NCBI RefSeq assembly: GCF_902713615.1
Contig: NC_052170.1
Coordinates: 2,604,001-2,668,000, forward strand
Length of the DNA stretch: 64,000 bases
Direction of reading: 5' to 3'
From: Scyliorhinus canicula
Lineage: Eukaryota
A program made the position numbers and the translations under genes. The first letter of the stretch is position 1. The number at the start of each line of letters is the position of its first letter. Below the pieces are notes generated by a model. That model saw nothing but the letters and a program-made list of their open reading frames with translations. It was not told the origin of the DNA and did not search any database. Below are positions 13,038 to 25,093 of the stretch, in pieces.

Positions 13038-14248
13038 GGCATTTGCTAGGTGGCAGGTGGAGGGATTCCCTTCGCTTCCCGCAAGGGGGGTGAGCGACAG
13101 GGTGCTTTCGGGGGTCTGGGTCGGGGATGGGAAGATATCTGATACCTACAAGGTTATGCAGGAGGCGGAGGAGGCGTCAGTAGAGGAGCTGAAAGCTAAG
13201 TGGGAGGGGGAACTGGGGGAACAGATCGAAGACGGGACATGGGCTGATGCCCTGGAGAGGGTTAATTCTTCCTCCTCGTGTGCGCGGCTTAGCCTCATCC
13301 AATTCAAGGTGCTGCACCGGGCCCACATGACTGGGACGAGGATGAGTAGGTTCTTTGGGGGTGAAGACAGGTGTGTCAGGTGCTCGGGGAGTCCAGCGAA
13401 CCATGCCCATATGTTCTGGGCATGCCCGGCACTGGAGGCGTTCTGGAAGGGGGTGGCGAGGACGGTGTCGAGGGTGGTGGGATCCAGGGTCAAGCCACGA
13501 TGGGGACTCGTGATTTTTGGGGTTGGGGTGGAGCCGGGAGTGCAGGAGGCGAAAGAGGCCGGTGTGCTGGCCTTTGCGTCCCTAGTAGCCCGGCGAAGGA
13601 TCTTGCTACAATGGAAGGATGCGAGGCCCCCAAGCGTGGAGACCTGGATCAATGACATGGCAGGTTTCATTAAGCTAGAGAAGATCAAATTCGCCCTGAG
13701 AGGGTCGGTACAAGGGTTCTTTAGGCGGTGGCAACCTTTTCTCGACTTTCTGGCTCAACGATAGGGTACGGGGACAGTAGCAGCAGCAACCCGGAGGGGT
13801 GGGAGGGGGAAGGGGGAGGGAAAAGGTCGGGGGGGGGGGGGGGCGGACGATGACTATGTTTGTTTATTTAAATTTATTTTTAAGTTCTTCTGTTGTTCAT
13901 TGGGGTTGGGGGGTGGGGGATGGGATACATGCGTCGATACGGTCTGGGGGTGTTACAGTTATTATGGGTTATTTTGTTGCATTTCATTGTTTGTCGTTAC
14001 GTTTTATATTTTCGGTAAAAAATTCCAATAGGGCAGCACGGTGGCCTAGTGGTTAGCACAACCGCCTCACGGCGCTGAGGTCCCAGGTTCGATCCCGGCT
14101 CTGGGTCACTGTCCGTGTGGAGTTTGCACATTCTCCCCGTGTCTGCGTGGGTTTCGCCCCCACAACCCAAAAACAAAATGTGCAGAGTAGGTGGATTGGC
14201 CACGCTAAATTGCCCCTTAATTGGAAAAAATAATTGGGTAATCTAAAT

Positions 14249-14295
<47 letters not shown>

Positions 14296-14353
14296 CCAAT
14301 AAAAATTATATTTAAAAAAAAATACTTGGGTCAAAAAAACAAAAACAAAAAAA
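13038..14353 (+). mobile_element. 5'-truncated L1/Tx1-clade LINE (C-terminal ORF2 with CxxC...H...C zinc knuckle, 3'UTR, poly-A) with 17-bp TSD AAAATCCCCCATGATAA
   Basis: Intact ORF 13057-13764 (QFKVLHR...CVRC...HMFWACP); TSD at 13021-13037 and 14354-14370; TT|AAAA insertion site. Confidence 0.92.
14031..14287 (+). mobile_element. Young short V-SINE with long poly(A) and 14-bp TSD AAAAAATTCCAATA, inserted in the L1 3' end
   Basis: TSD at 14017-14030 and 14288-14301; about 40-nt pure A tail. Confidence 0.92.
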
Positions 14354-15665
14354 AAAATCCCCCATGATAACTGCTGTACCATTTATACATGCGTCAGTTA
14401 TTTCTTTGTTTATTGCCTGCCCTACCATAATGTTACTATTTGGTGGCCGATAGACTACTCCTATCAGTGACTTTTTCGCCTTAGTATTCCTGATTTCCAC
14501 CCAAATGGATTCAACCTTATCTTCCATAGCACTGATGTCATCCCTTACTATTGCCCGGATGTCATCCTTAAATAACAGAGCAACACCACCTCCCTTACCA
14601 TCCACTCTGTCCTTCCGAATAGTTTGATACCCTCGGATATTTAACTCCCAGTCGTGACCATCCTTTAACCATGTTTCAGTAATGGCCACTAAATCATAGT
14701 CATTTGCGCCATCAACTCATTTACCTTATTCCGAATACTACGAGCATTCAGGTAAAGTACACTTATGTTGGCTTTTATACCTCTGTTTTGAATCTTAACA
14801 CCTCGATCGTAACCTCTCCTAAGTTATATTTCCTCTTAACTTTTCTCCTAATTTTCCTTGTTGTTGAACACGTCTTCATGTAACAACCTGCCGCATCGCT
14901 TACCATTTATGTTTTTTACTTCCCGTTTTATTCCTTTTAGTATTACTGGGCCTATTCACTGAGCTCCCCTCAGTCACTGTACCTTGTACTGTCGCTCTTT
15001 TTGATTATGGCTTCTTTGCCTTACACTTTCCCCCTTACTGCCTTTTGTTTACTACCATCCGACTTCCTGCATTGGTTCCCATCCCCCTGCCACACCCTCC
15101 CCAACAGCTCTAGCAAACCCCCCCCCCCCTCCCCCCCCCCTAGGACATCGGTTCCAGTCCTGCCCAGGTGCAGACCGTCCAGTTTGTACTGGTCCCACCT
15201 CCCCCAGAGCCGGTTCCAATGCCCCAGAAATTTGAATCCCTCTCTCTTGGACCATCTCCTAAGCCACGCATTCATCCTATCTATCCTGACATTCCTACTC
15301 TGACTAGCTTGTGGCACAGGTAGCAATCCTGAGATGACTACCTTTGAGGTCCTACTTTTTAGTTTAACTCCTAACTCCTTGAATTCAGCTTGTAGGACCT
15401 CATCCTGTTTTTTACCTATATCGTTGGTGCCTATGTGCACCACGACAGCTGGTTGTTCACCCTCGCCCCCCCCCCCTCAGTATGTCCTGCAGCCGCTCCG
15501 AGACATCCTTGACCCTTGCACCAGGGAGGCAACATACCATCCTGAGTCTCGATTACGCCCGCAGAACCGCCCGTCTATTCCCCACTCGCCCGTAGATACA
15601 CTCTCCTATAGGCTCTCTGCTATACATACTCTCCCATACTTGCCTATACATACTCACTTCCATAC

Positions 15666-16594
15666 TGTTGTGCTTTCTTTTCCTCTGTCTTTTCCTATGG
15701 CTCTGTTCCAATTATGGCTATGTGAGTTTGCCCTCCTTTCTTTTGATATCTAGGTTCTAATGCTCAGAATCGGCAGGTATCAAATGATACCACCACACGG
15801 TTCAACCGGCTATCGTTCAAAGAGCCAAACACCAGTTAGTTAGTTCAAGGGTACTTTATTTACACACAATTAGTCATGCAACATAAACACTACTAGTTAA
15901 CTACACCTATCGACCAAGACAACCTGTACTTAACTTCAGGCACCCGGCTTAGGTCAGAGGAACAGTGGCCGCTGTCCAATTCTGGATCTATCAAGTCTGG
16001 AGAAGTAACTACTGCTCAGCTAGGCTCATCCGTCTGGTAGCAAGCGTTGAACTTGGACTTGCTTCTGGTGTTGCTGCAATTGGAGATGGTCGTGACCAGG
16101 GCGCCAGGTCCAAGAGAGAATGAACACATGGCGAACTCTTCTTCTTATACTTGGGGGTTTTCGCACTCTTTTGGGCAGTCCTTCAGTTTGGACCCCACTA
16201 ATTGGGTGATCCCTGATCACTCTGTTCGATTCCTAACCAATAAATGGGCGGGGGCCTGGATGGCTGGGCGTGTCTCAAGCAGTCACTGACCCTGTTTACA
16301 TTTCCCTAGAACAGGGAGTGGCGCCGAAATGTCTGGGACTGTACCGGTCGCTCGAGTACCAGTCCTTGGTCTTGGTGGAGATGGGCCATCAAATGCTAAT
16401 CGGCCCCATTAACATGCTAATCGGCCCTATTAACATGCTAATCGGCCCCATTGGTCAGAGTTTCGATACCGTCTGGACTTCTTGCTGACAAATATACATG
16501 CCAGGCTCTGAGCCTTGCCTTCTCTCCATTCTACCCACTGGGCTTTGCGAGTTTCTGTGTTCCTAGTTGTAAGTGGCCATCCCAGATGGCTACA
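15666..16594 (-). mobile_element. Solo LTR (~930 bp) with 4-bp TSD ATAC
   Basis: TG...CA ends, ATAC on both flanks, AATAAA and TATAA on the - strand, internal 21-bp triplication at 16392-16452. Confidence 0.8.
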
Positions 16595-17077
16595 ATACTC
16601 TCCTATAGACTCTCTCCTGTACATATTCTCTCTCCTATACTTCAGGTACTAGATGGATACACTCACCTATACTTCTTTGCTGGCTTCAGACAGGCAGATC
16701 AGATTTACGGTGACCACTTTCTAGCTTAGAACTGGAAAAATTAACAGTGTACATCACCTCTCATGGCACTTAAGGCACCTAACATAAGGCACTTACATAC
16801 CTCGTATCTGCTACAGCTTTACTGCTACAGTGTGAAACCATTGTGCCTTGTATGGAAATGCCATTGATTTACGATGAAGGGAACAGGACTGAGCAGTGAC
16901 TCTGCCAAAAGGCACTCGCTCATACAAGACATCGGAAGGTCACTTCCATTTTCCCGTGATTTTCACTCCTGTCTTGTGGAAGTTGCCAGACTCAGTGTGA
17001 TAACATTAAACCTGCGGACATTCATAGAACCATAGAATCCCTACAATGCAGGAGGAAACCCACACAGACAAGGAGAA

Positions 17078-17345
17078 CGTGGTGTAGTGGTATTGTCACT
17101 GGACTAGTAATCCAGAGTAATGATCTCAGGACCCGAGTTCAAATCCCACCACTGCAGATGGTGAAATTTGAATTCAATAAAAGTCTAATGATGACCATGA
17201 AACCATTGTCGATTGTTGTAAAAACACTTCCGGTTCACTAATGTCCTTCAGGAATGGAAATCTGCCATCCTTACCCGGGTCTTATCAGGGATGGGCAATA
17301 AATGCTGACCCAGCCAGCGGCGCCCGCATCCCAGGAACAAATAAA
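17078..17345 (+). mobile_element. tRNA-derived SINE (family of 6232-6825)
   Basis: GAGTTCAAATCCCACC B-box, same body and tail as 6232-6825. Confidence 0.8.
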
Positions 17346-17375
17346 AACTGAACCCAGGACCCTGGCGCAGTGAGG

Positions 17376-20300
17376 CAGCACTGCTAACACTCACTGCAGC
17401 ACTGCTAACCCTCACTGCAGCACTGCTGCCTCACTGCTAACCCTCACTGCAGCACTGCCAACCCTCACTGCAGCACTGCCAACCCTCACTGCAGCACTGC
17501 TAACCCTCACTGCAGCACTGCTAACCCTCACTGCAGCACTGCTAACCCTCACTGCAGCACTGCCAACCCTCACTGCAGCACTGCCAACCCTCACTGCAGC
17601 ACTGCCAACCCTCACTGCAGCACTGCCAACCCTCACTGCAGCACTGCCAACCCTCACTGCAGCACTGCCAACCCTCACTGCAGCACTGCTAACCCTCACT
17701 GCAGCACTGCTGCCTCACTGCTAACCCTCACTGCAGCACTGCCAACCCTCACTGCAGCACTGCTAACCCTCACTGCAGCACTGCTAACCCTCACTGCAGC
17801 ACTGCTGCCTCACTGCTAACCCTCACTGCAGCACTGCCAACCCTCACTGCAGCACTGCCAACCCTCACTGCAGCACTGCCAACCCTCACTGCAGCACTGC
17901 CAACCCTCACTGCAGCACTGCCAACCCTCACTGCAGCACTGCCAACCCTCACTGCAGCACTGCCAACCCTCACTGCAGCACTGCTAACCCTCACTGCAGC
18001 ACTGCCAACCCTCACTGCAGCACTGCCAACCCTCACTGCAGCACTGCCAACCCTCACTGCAGCACTGCCAACCCTCACTGCAGCACTGCTAACCCTCACT
18101 GCAGCACTGCTAAACCTCACTGCAGCACTGCTAACCCTCACTGCAGCACTGCTAACCCTCACTGCAGCACTGCTAACCCTCACTGCAGCACTGCTAACCC
18201 TCACTGCAGCACTGCTAACCCTCACTGCAGCACTGCCAACCCTCACTGCAGCACTGCCAACCCTCACTGCAGCACCGCCAACCCTCACTGCAGCACTGCC
18301 AACCCTCACTGCAGCACTGCCAACCCTCACTGCAGCACTGCCAACCCTCACTGCAGCACTGCCAACCCTCACTGCAGCACTGCCAACCCTCACTGCAGCA
18401 CTGCCAACCCTCACTGCAGCACTGCCAACCCTCACTGCAGCACTGCCAACCCTCACTGCAGCACTGCTAACCCTCACTGCAGCACTGCTAAACCTCACTG
18501 CAGCACTGCTAACCCTCACTGCAGCACTACTAACCCTCACTGCAGCACTGCTAACCCTCACTGCAGCACTGCTAACCCTCACTGCAGCACTGCGAACCCT
18601 CACTGCAGCACTGCCAACCCTCACTGCAGCACTGCCAACCCTCACTGCAGCACTGCCAACCCTCACTGCAGCACTGCCAACCCTCACTGCAGCACCGCCA
18701 ACCCTCACTGCAGCACCGCCAACCCTCACTGCAGCACCGCCAACCCTCACTGCAGCACCGCCAACCCTCACTGCAGCACCGCCAACCCTCACTGCAGCAC
18801 CGCTAACCCTCACTGCAGCACCGCTAACCCTCACTGCAGCACTGCTAACCCTCACTGCAGCACTGCTAACCCTCACTGCAGCACTGCCAACCCTCACTGC
18901 AGCACTGCCAACCCTCACTGCAGCACTGCCAACCCTCACTGCAGCACTGCCAACCCTCACTGCAGCACTGCCAACCCTCACTGCAGCACTGCTAACCCTC
19001 ACTGCAGCACTGCTAACCCTCACTGCAGCACTAACCCTCACTGCAGCACTGCTAACCCTCACTGCAGCACTGCTAATCCTCACTGCAGCACTGCTAACCC
19101 TCACTGCAGCACTGCCAACCCTCACTGCAGCACTGCCAACCCTCACTGCAGCACTGCCAACCCTCACTGCAGCACTGCTAACCCTCACTGCAGCACTGCT
19201 AACCCTCACTGCAGCACTGCTAACCCTCACTGCAGCACTGCTAATCCTCACTGCAGCACTGCTAACCCTCACTGCAGCACTGCTAACCCTCACTGCAGCA
19301 CTGCCAACCCCCACTGCAGCCCTGCCAACCCTCACTGCAGCACTGCCAACCCTCACTGCAGCACTGCCAACCCTCACTGCAGCACTGCTAACCCTCACTG
19401 CAGCACTGCCAACCCCCACTGCAGCACTGCCAACCCTCACTGCAGCACTGCCAACCCTCACTGCAGCACTGCTAACCCTCACTGCAGCACAGCTAACCCT
19501 CACTGCAGCACCGCTAACCCTCACTGCAGCACTGCCAACCCTCACTGCAGCACTGCTAACCCTCACTGCAGCACTGCTAATCCTCACTGCAGCACTGCAG
19601 CACTGCTAACCCTCACTGCAGCACTGCTAACCCTCACTGCAGCACTGCTAATCCTCACTGCAGCACTGCTAACCCTCACTGCAGCACTGCTAACCCTCAC
19701 TGCAGCACTGCCAACCCCCACTGCAGCACTGCCAACCCTCACTGCAGCACTGCCAACCCTCACTGCAGCACTGCTAATCCTCACTGCAGCACTGCCAACC
19801 CTCACTGCAGCACTGCTAACCCTCACTGCAGCACTGCCAACCCTCACTGCAGCACTGCTAACCCTCACTGCAGCACTGCTGCCTCACTCCAGCACTGCCA
19901 ACCCTCACTGCAGCACTGCTAACCCTCACTGCAGCACTGCTAACCCTCACTGCAGCACTGCCAACCCTCACTGCAGCACTGCTAACCCTCACTGCAGCAC
20001 TGCTAACCCTCACTGCAGCACTGCTAACCCTCACTGCAGCACTGCTAACCCTCACTGCAGCACTGCTAACCCTCACTGCAGCCCCTCACTGCAGCACCGC
20101 TAACCCTCACTGCAGCACCGCCAACCCTCACTGCAGCACTGCCAACCCTCACTGCAGCACTGCTAACCCTCACTGCAGCACTGCTAACCCTCACTGCAGC
20201 ACTGCTAACCCTCACTGCAGCACCGCTAACCCTCACTGCAGCACCGCTAACCCTCACTGCAGCACTGCTAACCCTCACTGCAGCACTGCTAACCCTCACT

Positions 20301-20530
20301 GCAGCACTGCTAACCCTCACTGCAGCACTGCTAACCCTCACTGCAGCACTGCTAATCCTCACTGCAGCACTGCTAACCCTCACTGCAGCACTGCTAACCC
20401 TCACTGCAGCACTGCTAACCCTCACTGCAGCACTGCCAACCCTCACTGCAGCACTGCTAACCCTCACTGCAGCACTGCTAACCCTCACTGCAGCACTGCT
20501 AACCCTCACTGCAGCACCCTTAACCCTCAC
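17376..20530. repeat. Minisatellite, 21-bp unit CCTCACTGCAGCACTGC(T/C)AAC (~150 copies), flanked by a 30-bp inverted repeat
   Basis: Tandem periodicity; inverted arms at 17346-17375 and 20525-20554. Confidence 0.95.
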
Positions 20531-20675
20531 TGCGCCAGGGCCCTGGGTTCAGTTCTGACCTTGGGCGAGCGGAGTTTTTATTTGTTCCTGGGATGTGGCT
20601 AACCACTGTGCCACCATTCACCAATCTTCTAATTGGATGCAGTCATAGATCAATGGCCTACTTTCTTTCTTATAT

Positions 20676-20822
20676 TATTTTTTTTTAAATTTAGAGTACC
20701 CGATTCATTTTTTCCAATTATGGGGCAATTTAGCGTGGCCAATCTACCTAACCTGCACATCTTTGGGTTGTGGGGGCGAAACCCACTCATACACAGGGAG
20801 AATGTGCAAACTCCACAGTGAC
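20676..20822 (-). mobile_element. Partial short V-SINE
   Basis: Reverse complement of the family 3' half with a T-tail. Confidence 0.8.
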
Positions 20823-21350
20823 TTAAGCATGGAAGAGGTAAAGGGGCAGGTGTTACACCTTATGCGATTGCATGGGGAGGTTCCATGGGTGATGGGAAAG
20901 GTACTGGGTATGGTGGAGGAGTGGACTAGATTGTCTCGGAGGGAACGGTCTCTGCGGAATGCTGACAGAGAGAGTGAAGGGAAGATGTGTTTGGTGGTGG
21001 CATCACGCTGGAGTTGGCGAAAATGGCGGAGGATTATGATTTGCATACGGAGGCTGGTGGGATGAAATGTGAGAACGAGGGGGACTCTATCCTTGTTCTG
21101 GGAGGGAGTGGAGGGGGCGAGGTTACCATTAGCACCCGGTTTCCCTGGGTTTCTGTGGATATGGCACATCTTTCTTTCTCACACCACAGCATAAATATTT
21201 CCCATTTTCTCTGTTAGCTTTGACAAAGAGTCATCGGACTCGAAACGTTAGCTCTTTTCTCTCCCTACAGATGCTGCCAGACCGGCTGAGATTTTCCAGC
21301 ATTTTCTCTTTTGTTTCAGATTCCAGCATCCGCAATAGATTGCTTTTATT
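20823..21350. mobile_element. Penelope-like element fragment: ORF piece on - (DRVPLVLTFHP...AFRRDRSLRDNLV...PCNRIRCNTC) plus inverted pLTR on + with decayed hammerhead
   Basis: Linker and Cys motif that precede GIY-YIG in PLEs; GAGTC-ATCG-GACTC-GAAACG at 21228-21247. Confidence 0.8.
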
Positions 21351-21354
21351 TAAA

Positions 21355-21990
21355 TAGAAATACTCAGCAGGTCTGGTAGCAAGTTAAATGTTTCAGGTCA
21401 GTGACATTTCATCTGAACCGGGAAAGTTAGGAAGCTCATTGTTTTTATATGGATCAAATGGTGGGGGGCATGGAAAAAGGAGACAAGTCAGAAGAGCATT
21501 AAATAAGAAGAGTTGCTGGTGATGTGTTAAAGGGGGTGTTAATGGGACGGGTTTCTAGCGGAGGTGCAAATGGGAGGATACTGAACAGCTGCTTAACGTG
21601 CCTGTTGGAAAGGCGAGGTTTTGTTCCTCCAGTTTGCGTTGGGTTTCACTGGGAGAGCAGTCAAAGTCTGCGATTTCAGTGTGCGAGCAGGGTGAGAGAT
21701 GAAAATGACTTGAAGCGTCATGCTAGTGGGGTGGTATTCTGCAAAGCCGTCAACTAATCAGTGGTCTGCATGCACTGACGGGTTACTGGTGAACATTTCT
21801 ATCACAGACCTGGTCTTTTACCCAACCACCCCCGTTCCTCCTACATAAAAGCAGTTATATTTCTAACATTCCCCATTATGATAAAAGGATGGGACATTAA
21901 TTCTCTCCCCAGAAGCTACCAAACCAGCTGAGTATTTCCAGCATTTTCTGCTTATAGTTCAGATTTCCAGAATCTGTAGTATTTTACTTT
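21355..21990. mobile_element. Old Penelope-derived element with inverted pLTR-like ends
   Basis: AAATACTCAGCAGGTCTGG at left; CCAGCTGAGTATTTCCAGCATTTTCTG at right in opposite orientation. Confidence 0.55.
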
Positions 21991-22562
21991 TAGATATGGA
22001 AATGACACCTCCTGTATCCAACCATTTAATAACAAAGCAACTCGCCTGGGCAATTGAGGGAATATCAGCACCTTAGGATATAACTCTTTTCAACTTTGTC
22101 AATTTTATCAAGCAGTTCCATGTACGATACAGACCACATTAGAGTCAGAGTAAAGCTCTCTGATCGTGTGCATTAACCGTAACTTCATTGGAATGTGCCC
22201 CACGTTTCCATTGTCTGCACTAACCATCCCCATACACTTTCTGATGGTGTTTCGAAGTCGCAAGCTGTTCTACCAGCCTGTTTTACATCACTACCCAGTG
22301 CTGATCTCTGTCAGATCCTGAGCCAAACTGAAGCTGGTGAATCAAGTCACACTTCACATAAAAGAAGGCTGGAATTGCAAAACAAGTTACAGTGAATGTT
22401 CCCAAGAGAAGATTGCAATGTCAGGGGCGTGACAACTTCATCAACACAACGTTAACTAGGGTTCTGTGCAGTGGACTCGCCCTCATAAGGAGCTGAAGTG
22501 TCAGAAATCCAGCTCATGTAGCCTCCTTACAAGTGAGGGATAGACTTGCTACCTTTGACATG

Positions 22563-22599
<37 letters not shown>

Positions 22600-22796
22600 C
22601 TGGAACAAGTCAATGCTCCACACAGTAAAAAGCTTTCAGGAGTTGGACTGCTTTCTGTTGATCACCAGTGATTGGCATAATTAAAACACAATTATCAAAA
22701 TGGAGATAACACACAGGAGATGACAATGTCCACAGTATCGTGAAATCCCAAACGAAATATTTTGGCAGACCTCAAGAGGAAGGTAACCGAGAATTT

Positions 22797-23099
22797 CTAG
22801 ATAGTTTTCAGGTTGGCTGCAGTGTAAAGCAGATTGAGTCCATTACAGAAAACACAGATCAGGTTACACACCATGGAGAGGACATGGTACTTGACAAAGC
22901 GCTGGCTCAGTTTCTGATATTTAGGGTCTTTCTTCTTCAGCTTCTTGTAGAGTTCCCGGTGGCTTCCAAACCCCACCTCCTGACCCAAGTGGTGCTCATT
23001 CTCGATCTGGTGCATCTCCAACATAATCTGTGTCGTGGTTTCACTGAACCATTGGGCATTAAATGCAGAGAGGATCACGCAGATAAAAAACGATGTTAT
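22797..23099 (-). CDS. TMEM205: TMEM205 coding exon 3 to stop (ITSFFICVILSAFNAQWF...KDPKYQKLSQRFVKYHVLSMVCNL...KTI*)
   Basis: Acceptor tttccccacag|ATA. Contains the KDPKY...YH.LS..CNL motif of TMEM205. Total CDS 564 nt = 187 aa plus stop. Confidence 0.96.
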   Translation of the reverse strand: MTSFFICVILSAFNAQWFSETTTQIMLEMHQIENEHHLGQEVGFGSHRELYKKLKKKDPKYQKLSQRFVKYHVLSMVCNLICVFCNGLNLLYTAANLKTI

Positions 23100-23514
23100 C
23101 TGTGGGGAAACAGGAATGGGCAATAAAATTACTGTTAGGTATCTCCAGCCACTGTCTGTTTCCCTGGACCCACTCATCTCCTTCACAAGACAGCTTGGAC
23201 GCCTACCTCAGGAGTTCACCGGCCACAAGGGGTAAACGACAGCTGAGACATGTCTGTCGCACCCTGCCGAGATCGGTAACTCTGCTCTGTGAGGAGAGCG
23301 ATCTCCATTCAGGTGGCATCACGCATCTCAGTTCCAACTCACTAATCCTTCTCCACAGACTTCTTCCTCCACTGTAGTTTATGTATTGGTCAGCACATCT
23401 ACCTTGTATTGTGCTCACTTTACTGCTAAAGTTAGTGAATTGCAGAAAATGTCCCCCACCGTCTCCCCTCTCTCGTGAGAACACTACAACTGACCTCAAC
23501 CTTCCTGGATTTAA

Positions 23515-23741
23515 GGGCAGCACGGTGGCCTAGTGGTTAGCACAACCGCCTCACGGCGCTGAGGACCCAGGTTCGATCCCGGCTCTGGGTCACTGTCCGT
23601 GTGGAGTTTGCACGTTATCCCCGTGTCTGCGTGGGTTTCGCCCCCACAACCCAAAAATGTGCAGAGTAGGTGGATTGGCCACGCTAAATTGCCCCTTAAT
23701 TGGAAAAAATAATTGGCTAATCTAAAATTTTTTTTTTTAAA
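23515..23741 (+). mobile_element. Short V-SINE with 16-bp TSD AACCTTCCTGGATTTA (TMEM205 intron)
   Basis: TSD at 23498-23513 and 23742-23757. Confidence 0.9.
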
Positions 23742-24060
23742 AACCTTCCTGGATTTACTGGGAGGGAAGAGGTGACCGTTTGGGAATCTCACCCTGTTCA
23801 CTTGCCAGTGATTTCTGCTGGCTATTGGACAAGGGCAATAAAAGAAGGCCACGTCAATTGTGATGTGATCACAGTCTTCTAGCACATGAGCAAAAGTCAG
23901 ACCGGTGACCGTGGACTAGCACTGCAGCAATGGTCAAAGTCTTCGGGAGCGCAGTCGGGAGAGCAGGAGACACAATTGGAATAACATAAACAGCTATCTT
24001 TAAAGTTACTCTATGCTGACACAAAGTTACGTTATTAGCAGCATGTTGTTTCGGAGTTAC

Positions 24061-24224
24061 CTGAACAGCTTCATCATTGTTGAGTAACTCGTGTGGATGA
24101 TACAAGGCATAAAGAGCCAGGTTGAGAAATGAGCCTCCCAGGACAGTGTAGAAATAGTAAGGAAACAAACTTCTTTGAACTAAGCCAAAATTATGTCTGC
24201 TAACGGTGTTAATCAGAACAAAAC
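24061..24224 (-). CDS. TMEM205: TMEM205 coding exon 2 (GFVLINTVSRHNFGLVQRSLFPYYFYTVLGGSFLNLALYALYHPHELLNNDEAVQ)
   Basis: Acceptor tctctctccatag|G, donor CAG|GTAACT, 164 nt, phases 1 to 0 consistent with both neighbours. Matches the TMEM205 motif RHTFGLVQSKLFP. Confidence 0.96.
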
Positions 24225-24909
24225 CTATGGAGAGAGAACAGTTTCAAAGCTTTAAAATTCTGATAGTACCTCATGGACAAAGATTCACACTGTACATGGT
24301 AAATTTTGAACTAATGTCGAGGAAATCTTTCTTTACACAAAAAGTGATTAACACTTGGAACACATTTCCAGCAGAGAGGTAGAGGTGAAAATAACTCAAT
24401 CCTGCAGGAGGGCGTGGTGAGTAGTGTTTTTGATGGGCAGAACAATCTGATCATCTGTAATCACCTTGTGAATCTCCCTCTGATTCCCTTTCCTGTGCTG
24501 TTAGGAGCTGGTTGGTCCACACTTGCTACAATATGGGCTGAAACCTGCGGCTATAGGTAACAGTCTGACACTAAGAAGTGGGAAAAACCATCAACAATCC
24601 AGAAACCAAAAACCTGCACGCTCAGATGGCGCTGTATGTCAACATTCAATATTAAAAGTGTTGTGTAAAGATTTACCATGGAAAGGTTGTATATGAGCAG
24701 TTGCTTTGCAATGATGTTGTTGCATATTCTGGCCAGCAGCAGACTCTGCCTTGTAAAAAATCTTGGATAAAATTAAACCTAATTATCTTGCAACTACCCA
24801 TGTAGTACAGGATTAAAACAAACTTTAAGAACCTATAAGCTTTCAACTCCCAGGCTAGGTTGACTATATTCCGTTCCCCCCCCCCCCCCATCGCTAGTGA
24901 TTCACTTAT

Positions 24910-25093
24910 TATTGTAATAATACAATAATCGCTTATCGTCACAAGTAGGCTTCAATGAAGTTACTGTGAAAAGCCCCTAGTTGCCACATTCCGCCGCCTG
25001 TACGGGGAGACCGGTTCGGGAATTGAACCTGCGCCACTGCCTTGTTCTGCATTACAAGCCAGCTATTTAGCCCAGTGTGCTAAACCAGCCCCT
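24910..25093 (-). mobile_element. tRNA-derived SINE with a different head (GGGGCTGGTTTAGCACAC...) and ...CTACTTGTGACGATAAGCG tail
   Basis: Second copy at 42938-43115; head reused in the chimera at 48216. Confidence 0.75.

Larger units (their letters stand above)
10682..15580 (-). mobile_element. Long, defective CR1 LINE: ORF1 SGNH-esterase part, APE endonuclease, RT, 3' tail; interrupted by an L1/Tx1 insertion
   Basis: ORF1 VHIGTNDI...DGLHL (15021-15443); EN AITETWL/VGVVYRPP/MGDFN/SDH; [34 protein letters not shown]; tail GCTCCTAGTTCTTATGT; frameshifts and internal deletions. Confidence 0.95.

Noticed and set aside
14031-14105. tRNA-like A/B boxes here and in many other copies
   Set aside because: These are SINE heads followed by V-domain and tail, not tRNA genes.
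17412-20530. (SAAVRVG)n ORFs
   Set aside because: Translation of the 21-bp array; no gene context.
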